Origin: Octopus bimaculoides | Taxonomy: Eukaryota | NCBI RefSeq assembly: GCF_001194135.2 | Contig: NC_068981.1 | Coordinates: forward strand, 61,161,189-61,225,188 | Length of the DNA stretch: 64,000 bases | Direction: 5' to 3' | In this document: positions 52,399-64,000 of the stretch, piece after piece | Position numbering within the stretch: position 1 is the first letter of the stretch | How the letters are laid out: each line of letters opens with the position of its first letter | Position numbers and translations under genes: made by a program | Notes under the pieces: model-generated | The model's database searches: none | The model's input: only the letters and a program-made list of their open reading frames with translations | What the model was told of the DNA's origin: nothing

Positions 52399-53176
52399 TG
52401 TGTGTGTGAGTGTGTGTGTGTGTGTGTGTGTTTATAAACAAAAAATACTTAGCTATTTCTCATTTACTTTACTCACATGAACATGTTATTTACCATGACG
52501 TGCACACTCGGTACTAAATGACAAATTAGCCTCATCTCTCCCCAATAGTCCACGATATATACAAGAAAAAAATTCACGATACAAGAAACTTTATTAAATG
52601 TTAGTAATCAGAAGGTCGATTCAAGTAAAATAGCCAATATTTCTAACCATAGAAATCCTTTATTACACGATATAAAGTGGTATACCAGAAATATTCAACA
52701 TAATTATTTTATGAGATGTGGAGTGAAAACTAAACGAAAAAAGTCATTTATCATAAAGCGTGGTACCCATTTTTCATCAATCTACGGGGGAAAAATTAAG
52801 AATACTGATATTTCCATAAATAATTATAACTCAACTAAACGAAATCTACACTAACAGATGTTCAGATTAACGAGCTTATACTCAGAAAGAAGTTATATCT
52901 AATATAAGAAAAAGCGCTTAATTTTTCAGTTGCAGTATAAATGAGTTCAACGCTAACTGCTGGCACGTATTTTAAACACACAGTAAAAAAAAAAATACAC
53001 AAATATTAGTGTGATTAGCCGATTAAATAACAATACAGCAGTCATCAGCTATGTCCCAGATAATCTGTGAACATACATATTCAATAATGATAAATGGTAA
53101 AATTAATTAATAATTATTAATTTTTCCAAGTAGTTCGATATGTTAAAATAACCTTTATCGGTAACTTTATATAAAC

Positions 53177-53292
53177 ATTCTATAATTATAGGCATAATTA
53201 TAATTAGGGTTGCAAATTGCATAACTACATACCGGTATGTGGTGAAGCAATTTGCTGAACCCTAATTATAATTATGCTTATAATTATAGAAT
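53177..53292. repeat. Near-perfect 116-bp inverted repeat
   Basis: ATTCTATAATTATAGGCATAATTATAATTAGGGTTGCAAATTGC pairs with GCAATTTGCTGAACCCTAATTATAATTATGCTTATAATTATAGAAT; centre CATACCGGTATG. Confidence 0.9.
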
Positions 53293-53746
53293 TTTGAGCA
53301 TAACGACAGAGTTGTACCCCACCCGACTTTGGAAGGTCATAACTTTCAGAAAAATGAATATTTTTTAATGACATTTCCTATGCATGTATTATTTATTATA
53401 TAGATTCCGAATATACAAAAGTTTTCGGTGAAAGTGTTTTGGAATGGGGGTGGGGGACAATTTTCAGAAATTCCAACAGAGTCCATTTAAATTCCTCTTA
53501 ACTTCCAGCAAAATGAATATTTTTTCGTGAAATTTTCTACAAATATACCTTGATGTATGTACATTTCGAACGTGTAGGTATTTCGGAGGAATCAATTGGA
53601 GGTTATTTTTGAGAAGTGTTCCCCACTCGGTGGTGTTTCGGAGCAAGTCGTCCATAATTGTTTCATTTTTCTCTATTATGTGCGTATGTGCATCCATAGA
53701 TTTCTAATGACGTAATAAGCAGAAAAGAGAAGCCGTCATAAGAAAA

Positions 53747-54056
53747 NNNNNNNNNNNNNNNNNNNNNNNNNNNNNNNNNNNNNNNNNNNNNNNNNNNNNN
53801 NNNNNNNNNNNNNNNNNNNNNNNNNNNNNNNNNNNNNNNNNNNNNNNNNNNNNNNNNNNNNNNNNNNNNNNNNNNNNNNNNNNNNNNNNNNNNNNNNNNN
53901 NNNNNNNNNNNNNNNNNNNNNNNNNNNNNNNNNNNNNNNNNNNNNNNNNNNNNNNNNNNNNNNNNNNNNNNNNNNNNNNNNNNNNNNNNNNNNNNNNNNN
54001 NNNNNNNNNNNNNNNNNNNNNNNNNNNNNNNNNNNNNNNNNNNNNNNNNNNNNNNN
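53747..54056. other. Assembly gap (310 N)
   Basis: N run. Confidence 1.
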
Positions 54057-55432
54057 CGAATATAGAAACTTTTGACGAAAGAAAAAATTAAAAATATTAA
54101 GTAAAGTAGCATTTATCTTAACCCAAAAAGAGTATGGATTTCGGTCCAATTTGAATTACATTTCGCATATGAAAGAAAAACAAAATGCAATGTATATATG
54201 CTAACCTAAATGTTTTTCGCAAACCTTACAATAATCAAAACATGTTTTATTTATTTTCCCAATTAATACTTCATCTTTTGTTCAAGATAGCAGCTAGTAC
54301 TCCTGTGTCTTTTAACAGAATCTCAGTCTGGAAAGGGAGGGAAAAGATATCCATAAACTTGAGACCAGGTAAGAATGATTGCCACAGAATGGACTCTGTT
54401 AAAGACTCATAGATTATTTGAAGTTGATTTTTAAAAGGATGACATGTTGTGTAAGTTCTCCATAAAGGAGATGCTGCGATTTGAACTTAGAAATTTAAGA
54501 GCTGGAGAAAATACTGCTAAATTATATGTCCGTCATACTTTTTAGTGCTGCTAATCTACACAGCCTAGGATTGGTAAAGCAAAGTTTGATTAAGTCTAGG
54601 CACCCAAACATTAAGTCGGAACACCTTTAATACACTTCTTTTCAATACGAAATATGTCAGATGAACCGCTAGAATATAAACTGTCATAAAATAATTGATC
54701 CACCGTTAGCGATTTCGGCAGGAAAAATAAGACAAAAGTTATGCGAAATAACTCATTTCATGAATCATTTCTCTAAAAGTAGCCTTGTCCATAACCTAAT
54801 TTGTCTCATACTATTTCATCGGCATCAATCCATATATGTTGTGATGATCAAATAAACAATAACTTTACTTTTCGTTGACTTTTTTTCATAAAGCACATGA
54901 AGTATAGTATATTCTTACTTTGCAGAAGTTGGGCATATATAAGATAGAATACAGCAATAATTAATAGCAAATGATTCCTTCACTCGGTTAAATATATTAA
55001 TACATGTATCGTGATTATTGATGTAATTGAAGGCAGCGTTTATAAACGACAAAATACAAATGTCTAATCGACAAGTACACAGTCATTGAAACTGATACCT
55101 GACGATACGAGGTCTATACCCATTGGACAATATATTGGCTCTGAGACATAACACATGGAAATTAGTTATCGTATTCTTGTAGTTATAATGGTAGATACTT
55201 AAGTATTTGCGTGATTTGCTATTTGACCCCTCCAGATATTTCCAATGGAATTAGAGATCTGGAGGAAAACAAGATCAGGAACAACTCTCCAGCGAATCGT
55301 AGTTGTCACATTAACATCTTTACTATCTTTAGAATGGTGAAAAAGAAAAACAATCTCATATCCTATCAAGCAGATATCCATATAGCATATATATATAAAT
55401 CATTTTCGAATGCAAAGTGACAACATTCATTA

Positions 55433-56256
55433 TGAGGGGGTACCCACAAGCAAACGGAAACGTTCTAGGTGGGCTAATTTCTTGTAGTTCAGACATCCAC
55501 CGCTAGAAGCCACTTAATGTTACCCTCTAGCATCAGTCTGCCGATCGGCGTCGTTCTACGGGCTCGTATTGCCACGTGATGCGTCTTTGTTTGCAGTGCT
55601 TCTCCCTATTCGTCGATTTTTGTTATGACTGGAACAAAGGAACAGCGTGCTTCCGAGAAATTCTGCTCCATGCTGAGAAGTGCGGCGACCGAAACAGTTG
55701 TCATGGTTTAAACAGCTAACAAACTGCCATAAGCAAAACAAGTTTATGAGTGGTTTCCACGCATTAGGAATGGTCACTTGTCACTTGAGACCAACTTCGT
55801 TGAGGACGACCATCGATCTCCCGAACGAATGAAAATATCATGAAAGATCATTGACGAAATTTTGATATGTCTGGTGTGAGCTGGGCGCCTGCCAGCGAAT
55901 TTTGAGCAAGGTGCAGCAAATTTTGTGCCTCACTTGCTCACGGAAGATCAAAGCTAATCACGACTCAAAGCGTGTCATGAACTGAAAGAACAGTTGGAAG
56001 CTGATCCGGACCTTTTTTCGAAGTTTATCAGAGGTGACCAAAGCTCGTGCTATGAAATTTGCAGATGGGGAAGAGGTGGAGAGAAAAACTGACGGAGGCG
56101 TTAAAATACATCACTTCTGAAACGTTCCAGCACTGCTTCGAATAGTGAAAAACGCGCCTGGACCGGTGCATTACTTTAAAGGCGATAAAAGTGTAAACAT
56201 GTAAAAATATGTGAATAAAATAATATTGCAAAATTCCGGTTTCTTTTGAGTACCCG
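55433..56256 (+). mobile_element. Internally deleted mariner-family element
   Basis: TIRs ATGAGGGGGTACCCACAAGCAAACGGAA and TTCCGGTTTCTTTTGAGTACCC. Remnants QVYEWF, GRPS, FVPHLLTEDQ, FIRGDQSSCY; catalytic core mostly missing. Confidence 0.85.
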
Positions 56257-56874
56257 AAATGACTTGATCTTACAGGGTGTTATTTTTTCCATCAATTTCA
56301 TATAAATAATTCAAAGAATGCAAAATGCAAATGACGAGTGTAAATGACGACTAGTAACAACTTCGATATAGAGCTAAGTGGAATCTTGTCAGCTTTGCAG
56401 TGCATATGTAGACAACGAATTGAGTTCGGTTTCGAAATTACCATGATTATTTCTATAATAACATATGTGCAATCGGTGCAGAAAAAGGCTATAAGAATTG
56501 AATGATTTCAAAATTTGAAGGATGGCATATGAAATAACAAATGTAACAAAATCTGCATTTGAAAGGGAATGAAAATTATTTCAGTTAGAATAGATATCAA
56601 TGCGTCAGTGCTGAAAAGAAAAAAAAAACTAAATGGTATTTTATAAAGCAAAGAATTTTAAAGAATATTATGTAATTCTTCTCTGCATAAACGAATAAGT
56701 TATAATAAAATACATCTTTTTAATTCCAAGCTTATATATTTTCACAAAAGTGATAATGCATTTATATCTATTAATATAATAATAGGCATATATCTAAAAA
56801 CTTAACATGTTATTGAATACATTTTCTACATATCGATGTCATACAATATAAATTACTTTATCTTGTCTGTGTGT

Positions 56875-56928
56875 ATATATATATGTGTGTGTGCGTGTAT
56901 ATGTCTTTGAGTATGTTTGTATTAATTT

Positions 56929-57022
<94 letters not shown>

Positions 57023-57075
57023 TACATGCACAGACGCACACACGCACGCAAGCACACACACACAAACACACATAT
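56875..57075. repeat. (TG)n-(CA)n-(TA)n compound microsatellite
   Basis: Directly visible. Confidence 0.95.
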
Positions 57076-59059
57076 AGATTTATAGATAATCTATCAACAT
57101 ATACACTTAACATACACAGATATGTTGATATTTTGTTAAGCATAAGAATGTATTGAAAGTGAAAATCTTAAAAAAATTACAATATGATTTATAATTGCAC
57201 AATGAAAATAGTAAAAGTGAAACTAGTAACAATTGAGCGTATGTTAATATACGTAGAGTGAATGAATACTACTAACTTATCAGAATAAAATATTTATGTG
57301 TACGAATGCTACCCCTAATTCATTTATAGCTACTCAAGTGAGTGGAATAATACATACATTTCTAATTGAAATTTTTCTTTTACATACCTAACAGTCCATA
57401 TTTATTCATGTGTGTAAAACATTATAAAATATATAACTTTACTGTGAGAAATAATTTTCATCGACATTACTAAATTCTTTCTCTCCTTCAAGAACTCCTT
57501 ATGAAACAAAATACATTTGCGACTAATCTCCAAGTATCTCCTCAGTCAGCAGAAAATAATGAGAAACCTAAAAACAGCGGATTCTTTGTTCTCACGTCAA
57601 AATTTTATACTTGTCCTCAGACACTGTAATTTTGTCTCGGTTTCCGTCCATTACTTGTCACTCTAGTTAACTTTCTTTTACACATCTTTTAACCATTGTC
57701 GTTTGACGTGCGGTCAGCAGGGTAGAGTTTACCAGCGATAAAAGTTAGTGATATATTCGCTCATGTGCCTGTACCTGTCTAGCCTTTAGCTAGGTGGATT
57801 CTGGACATTCCGATTGCTGTAAGAGTATTTGTTATATGATGGCTTAATTGATGGAAGTGTCTGTGTGGTTGTCATCTGCTAATTTTCCTCTATATTGGAT
57901 GTTGTTGCTGTAAGCATTTTAATGTCACTGCATCGAGTGTGATGATAACCAAACTGTGGAAATTTCTGACGTGTTTGAATCCCAGATACAGTCACGATGT
58001 GGGTGAAGAATCTATTGTTTTTCTTAAACCAGCACAAATATACCTACATGCGTACACACATATAACCACACACTTAAATATACTTGCATACTATCAACGT
58101 CACATTTATTAATGTATATTCGTCGTAAAAAAAAATTATGCTATAGAATTTCGTTCACAGATCGCCCTGCAAATGGATGAGAATGAGTTTTTATCATTTC
58201 GGAACTATTCTCCTTATATGCGTGCGTTGTTGTCTTTCACTTCTCAGGCATTTCTGTTCGCCTCACTTTGAGGTATACAGTGATTTTCCGCATTCTCAGT
58301 CGGTAAGGGGATTTACCCAGCATGAAATACCGTAGTTTAAAAGCGTTTAACAACCCAAATATATATGTTAAGCATGTTAACTTAATGATACATAAATCAT
58401 AGACTTGTCTCTTAGACAAAATTTGAATTTTATTTTATTGTACTGCGCCTTTTCATATCACTAGGTAGATTTTACGCTAACCGTATATAAGTTAGACATG
58501 CGATTCGAATTCATATAATGGGTGAACCGAAGATACGGCACCGATAAAAAAAAATAATACCGATGTCAGTTGTTTTCGTTCATTTCAGATATGATACATT
58601 CCTCCTAGACTTGAACCATACATCGTTCTTTTAAATATCCGGATCTTTAAACGGACCCTTCCTAGACGTATAGGCGTTAAAGAACACTTATACATTACGT
58701 GTATGAGAGTGATTGTTTATATTATAGAGCGGCATCTAACACAAAATTTGAATATTTATATATCTATATATATAAGGAAAATATATGGAAAACATAAAAA
58801 AGGGGAAGAGAAATGCCTTCATTTCACATAGTTTTAATAATTTTTATAAAACAAGATATATATACATATTTTATGGATGGTAAAAGTCTCGTAAAATGTA
58901 GTGATACCCAACCGGCTTTCGTTATTTAAATTAGCTTTTCATGGGACATTGTGAATTACGCCATTCGGGATTTCTTGAGAAGTAAAAATGAATGGAGAGA
59001 GTGGATAAAGGGAGGCAACAGGTGGCAAGGGGGCAACTACCTCCTGAAGTAGGAATGTG

Positions 59060-59580
59060 TAGGGGTCAGGTGGTCAATTTTGTATATTATGCTGTGGTGT
59101 GTACGTTTATATAAAGAGGTTTTCCTTCTTTAGGCCTTCTTGTAAGGAGATTGAAACTTTGCATTGGTATAACGGGAAAATATGGAAATTAGGTGTTTTA
59201 TTTCTTACGCATCTGTCAATGTATTCGGTCAGAGCTATCTGCCTGTATTGAGGAAAACGAATCTGTTCTTTATCCAGCGTAACTCTGCATCTCATTGTAA
59301 GGCTCGTTTGTCCAACATAATTGTGGCCACAACCTAAGTAGGTTAGAGGATTAATTAGGTTCTGAGAGATACATGTGAAGCTGGTTTTAATTAAAAAAAA
59401 ATTCTTCTTGCTGGAATGTGAATTCCGAGCCTTCAGTTAGATTTGGGCATGTACCACAATTAGGTTGTACGCATTTTTTAACTGTCGGTATCGTATGTGT
59501 TGAATACAATTTTGCATTTGAGGAGTTTATGTGTATTCAGAATGTTCATTTTCGAGTCTTGTGTGAGAAGAAGGAGATTT
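59060..59580 (-). mobile_element. PLE linker zinc motif plus GIY-YIG fragment (Neptune/Naiad-type linker)
   Basis: KKCVQPNCGTCPNL..FTCISQNLI..LTYLGCGHNYVGQTSLTMRCRVT..EYIDRC..KKENLFI. Confidence 0.85.
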
Positions 59581-59589
59581 TGTACATAA

Positions 59590-62051
59590 CTTTTATCCCA
59601 ACGAAACATTTAACAACAACGCACAGCAAACCTGTAGCACACGAAATAATTACTAACGACACTCCACTGAACCACTACATCCAAACATAAGACGTGGGGA
59701 CACACTTTTTAATCTCCATCCAAGAACCAGCACCATAAATCACAACAGCAGGGCCCCATATCATCATAGGGGACGACTATATAACAGCTACCGTCTCAAT
59801 AACCTCAATCATTTTTTAGACCCAGTACGCAAACACAGAGATACTAGATAACATCAGACAGACAGGACAAACCAAAAGTGATAACCCACAAAAACCTAAC
59901 ACCTGACCAAATCAACATTCTCTCCAAAGGGTTCAAATTTACACCCACCCACCCTCCAACGCCCCAACTAATACGAAATGAAACGACGTTGCGGAATTTT
60001 GTAGAAAATTACTACTCGCCGAGGAACTATACAAATACAAGGAGGACGAATCGTTAGTCCGAAATAAAAGTAACTACACCCCATCAGAAGGAAAGAACAA
60101 AATTCTTGATCATTTCTGCGAACACATCATGAATTACCCATATCAGCTTATACACAAACAAAATTTCAAGCCAAAGTTCAGCAAAAACGAAGGATGATAA
60201 ACACTCACAATCAAAGAGGCTGACAAAGGGAGTGTAGTAGTCTTAATGGACACAGTATATTTCATAACCCTAGTACTATCAATATGACAAGACACAACAT
60301 ATGAAAAGGTACAACATTACAGTCAGCAGAAAATAATGAGAAACCTAAAAACAATGCTAAACCTATACACAGTAGTGCTCACTGACAAGGAATACGGCTA
60401 TTTGAGTAACTTGAATAGTAAATCTAGTCATTTCGACGGTATTCCTAAAATACATAAAACTGAAAAAATAAGTAACTCGTCCAGGGAAGCCACATACATA
60501 ATAGTCAAGATACCTATACCAAATACCTCAAATTAAGACCCCATAATAGCAGGCCCCGCATGCGAAACTCACCGCCTCAGAAACTTTTTAGACACCCTAT
60601 TAAAACCATTCCTCAAGTATATCAAAAGCTACATAAGGCACGATCTAGATATGCTCAACCACCTTCATGAAACAATAAATAAAACCACCCTACTACTATC
60701 CTTTGGAGTAGTCAACCTCTATTCCAATATCTCTCACAGCCTAGGAATAGAAGCAATCCAATTCTGGCTTGAGAATTACTCCAATGGAATAACATTTAAT
60801 GACAACTTCTATCGACAGAATCGAGGACTGCGATGGTTGCAGGAATGCACTCCCCCCATCTTTGCTAACGTAGTCATGAGATACCTAGAAATCAATCTTT
60901 ATTGTAAGGTACTTGAAAAATACAGAAACCTATTCTCACTGTACATAAAAAATAACAGGAAAAGTTATCTAGATGAATGTTCCATTCTTTGGTACGAAAG
61001 TATAAAGAGACTTAAAGAATGTCAAGCGCTTCGGAATGTACTTGATGTAAATATTGAATTTACTATGGAATATAGCCACCAACAACTTCCATTCCTTGAC
61101 ATCCTCATTAACATTGAGGTCTTCCACACTATCTTCCAGAACATCCCTTAACTTAAAAGGACCAAAGAATGGATCAAATCCTCCTAACGCATCATCAAGA
61201 GCAAAAGACAAGCCGAGTCACTGACAAGTCTTCTAACACAGGCCCGAGTATACTCATCAATAACATCGAAACCGAGAGTAAAAAATGTGGAAGACGTAAC
61301 TGTGGTATATGTGTAATTTTATTGAAGGTTTGGAATTTTCCTTCATAAAGGATCAATGTTTTACAGTGAAAAACAACTTCCCATGCGCTCCGGAAAACTT
61401 AATATATGTATTGACTTACTTAGGGTGTCGAGAACAATATGTTGCTCAAACTAAAAACAGTCTACGCCAGAGGATGACGGTACATAGATTCCAGATTAAA
61501 ATAGGAGAATACAGAAAAATAGGATAGAGTGAGCACGTCGATATTTGCGCCACTAAAGAATTAAGCAACTTTAGAATTATTCCCCTCTACAAATTCAGGG
61601 ATAATGGAAACTATAAATAATGCATTAGCAAAGAAGCATATTTTATCGCAAAATATAAAACTATTTTAAATGCTGCCGCCACCAACACTACCACAACCAC
61701 AGATGAAACCACTACAAGAATTTAGAGCAATCCAACCACTACGGCTACGACCACAATAGGTCACTCTTAGTTCATTTGACCATTAAAAAAATTCCATGAA
61801 TTATTTGCTGTCACAGCACTCCTGCATTTTCTTCTTTTCTTTTCTTTCCACTTTCCCTCTTCTTTACCTACTCCTACTTCTTTTCCTCCTTCATCTTCTC
61901 CTTATTCTCCTCCGCCTACTCCTCCTTTTTTCTTCTTCTTCCTCTTCTGCTTCTCCTTCCCTTCCCTCGGATTCCCCCGCTTAAACCATAAACTTTCTGT
62001 ACCCAAACAATTCCTTTAGATTTACTACTACCCACCTACGAGACATTCGAA

Positions 62052-62055
<4 letters not shown>
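59590..62055 (+). mobile_element. Degenerate Penelope-like element (RT, linker, GIY-YIG, pyrimidine-rich 3' UTR)
   Basis: LSKGFKFTPT, IKEADKGSVVV, GIPKIHK, PIIAGPACETHRL, VVNLYSNI, PIFANVVM, YLDEC, LPFLDI, CGRRNCGIC, NLIYVLTYLGCREQYVAQT; stops and internal deletions. Confidence 0.92.

Positions 62056-62129
<74 letters not shown>
62056..62129. repeat. (GA)n microsatellite
   Basis: Directly visible. Confidence 0.95.
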
Positions 62130-62520
62130 NNNNNNNNNNNNNNNNNNNNNNNNNNNNNNNNNNNNNNNNNNNNNNNNNNNNNNNNNNNNNNNNNNNNNNN
62201 NNNNNNNNNNNNNNNNNNNNNNNNNNNNNNNNNNNNNNNNNNNNNNNNNNNNNNNNNNNNNNNNNNNNNNNNNNNNNNNNNNNNNNNNNNNNNNNNNNNN
62301 NNNNNNNNNNNNNNNNNNNNNNNNNNNNNNNNNNNNNNNNNNNNNNNNNNNNNNNNNNNNNNNNNNNNNNNNNNNNNNNNNNNNNNNNNNNNNNNNNNNN
62401 NNNNNNNNNNNNNNNNNNNNNNNNNNNNNNNNNNNNNNNNNNNNNNNNNNNNNNNNNNNNNNNNNNNNNNNNNNNNNNNNNNNNNNNNNNNNNNNNNNNN
62501 NNNNNNNNNNNNNNNNNNNN
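62130..62520. other. Assembly gap (391 N)
   Basis: N run. Confidence 1.

Positions 62521-62578
<58 letters not shown>
62521..62578. repeat. (AC)n microsatellite
   Basis: Directly visible. Confidence 0.95.
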
Positions 62579-62582
<4 letters not shown>

Positions 62583-62818
62583 TCATATAATTTGTACATA
62601 TGTATGTGAGCCTGTGTAACCATGTGTATATATATTTATCTATGTTGCTAAGCGTATCATTGATAATCGCTTGCCCTACCACCTGCCATCATTGTATGTC
62701 AAAGATTCACAATCATTCATGCACATACTACAGTAATTCGTCATCTTCCCAAACAGAGTCCTACTAAATTAAATGGAGGAAATTTTAGTAATAGGCAATA
62801 TATTATATAGCAGAGAGT

Positions 62819-63183
62819 GGAGGCGCAATGATCCAGTGGTTAGGGCTGCGGACTCGCAGTCATAGGATCGCGGTTTCGATTCCCAGATCGGGCGTTATGA
62901 GTGTTTATTGAGCGAAATCTTAAAGCGCCACGAGGCTCCGGCAGGGGATGATGGCGAACCACAACTTTCTCTCACTCTCTCTTCCTGTTTCTGTTTTACC
63001 TGTAATTCAAAGGGCCAGCCTTGTCACACTGTGTCACGTTGAATATCCCCGAAAACTACTTTGAGGGTACACGTGTCTGTGGAGTGCTCAGCCACTTGCA
63101 CGTTAATTTCACGAGCAGGCTGTTCCGTTGATCGGATCAACTGGAACCCTCGTCGTCGTAAGCGACGGCGTGCCAACAACAAA
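62819..63183 (+). mobile_element. tRNA-derived SINE, family D, full length
   Basis: GGAGGCGCAATGATCCAGTGGTTAGGG..GGTTTCGATTCCC..GTGCCAACAAC; matches 49013-49385. Confidence 0.9.
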
Positions 63184-64000
63184 TATATAGCATAGGATCG
63201 CAAATAAAAACAGTAATTAGGGAAATATACGAAAGGTGCCCTCGAGGAAAAATATATTTTCAATGAGAAAAGAATATTGTAGACGAATAAATATTCATGA
63301 GCAAAATATTTCATACGCAGCCATACAAAATGTTACCAATGTGTATAGAGGATTACACACACATCTGAGATACCATAGTAAGGATTATTGCAAACTTACA
63401 CTCAGAAATTGATAGTCAAAATGCAATACGCTTCAAAAACCTATCTCCACTATTTTTCAGTTACTATTTCTCGAAATGGAAAACAGAGATTAAACAAACT
63501 AGTGATTGCATTTAAAATAAACTTCTCAAGATATCATATAGATTTAGCATACTTATCGTGAACACTATATAATAAGAGTCTTATGCAAGTAAATTTTTTT
63601 CCTGGAAAACTGCAAGCATAATTAAACAGAAACATCTAATAACAAAAGAAAATACAACATATGCATGCGAACAAAGTAGCTACAGGTGGGAGTGCGGCAT
63701 GGTGTGTCAGTTTTTCCAAATTTTCAAATCAATGATGCTTATAACTCGATGGGTTGTGAGGCAATTTTGAATGCTTGTTTTATATATACATAATCAAATT
63801 TTAACTACTATCAAAATCTGTAATTTTTAATATTTGGTTTGCCACACTGCATCATCAGTTATTAGAGGGAAGAGACATATTTGGATAAAATAATGAGAAA
63901 CTATGGGCGAAAGTTGAAAACAATCAATAAATAAACATATGAAAGGCGCACAAATTTAAATAGACTCAATCTTCATGAAAATAAAAACCACAGCCATGTT

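Noticed and set aside
59590-61670. Selenocysteine-recoded (Naiad-type) PLE ORF
   Set aside because: The in-frame TGA codons I found (about 60195 and 60285) are not at conserved Cys positions and occur alongside TAA/TAG stops and deletions; consistent with random decay.

Overview
AT-rich, microsatellite-dense eukaryotic scaffold with about 3.5 kb of N in nine gaps. The SINE repertoire suggests a coleoid cephalopod, most likely Octopus (inference). No host protein-coding gene, rRNA, intact tRNA gene or CRISPR array can be supported. The window is a patchwork of decayed mobile elements: two L1/Tx1-clade LINEs (one ORF1+EN without RT, one ORF1+RT without EN), R4/Dong-like RLE LINE pieces in (TAA)n, several Penelope-like element (PLE) fragments, a Helitron helicase end, Tc1/mariner/DD37D remnants and four recurring tRNA-derived SINE families. 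The most interesting signal is a set of hammerhead-ribozyme-like folds. (i) A complete three-stem type I fold at 5180-5239 lies inside a 479-bp tandem unit (retrozyme-like). (ii) Minimal hammerhead folds sit in PLE ends abutting (TA)n. (iii) A 500-bp palindromic insertion (47891-48390) with an 11-bp TSD joins a tRNA-derived head to PLE-like arms that each carry a degenerate hammerhead, making it a candidate PLE-mobilised SINE. Also notable: an intron-interrupted Tc1 transposase, a short internally deleted Dong-like element, and an isolated exact 34-bp copy of PLE coding sequence. All family assignments come from motif recognition by eye; no database search was run.
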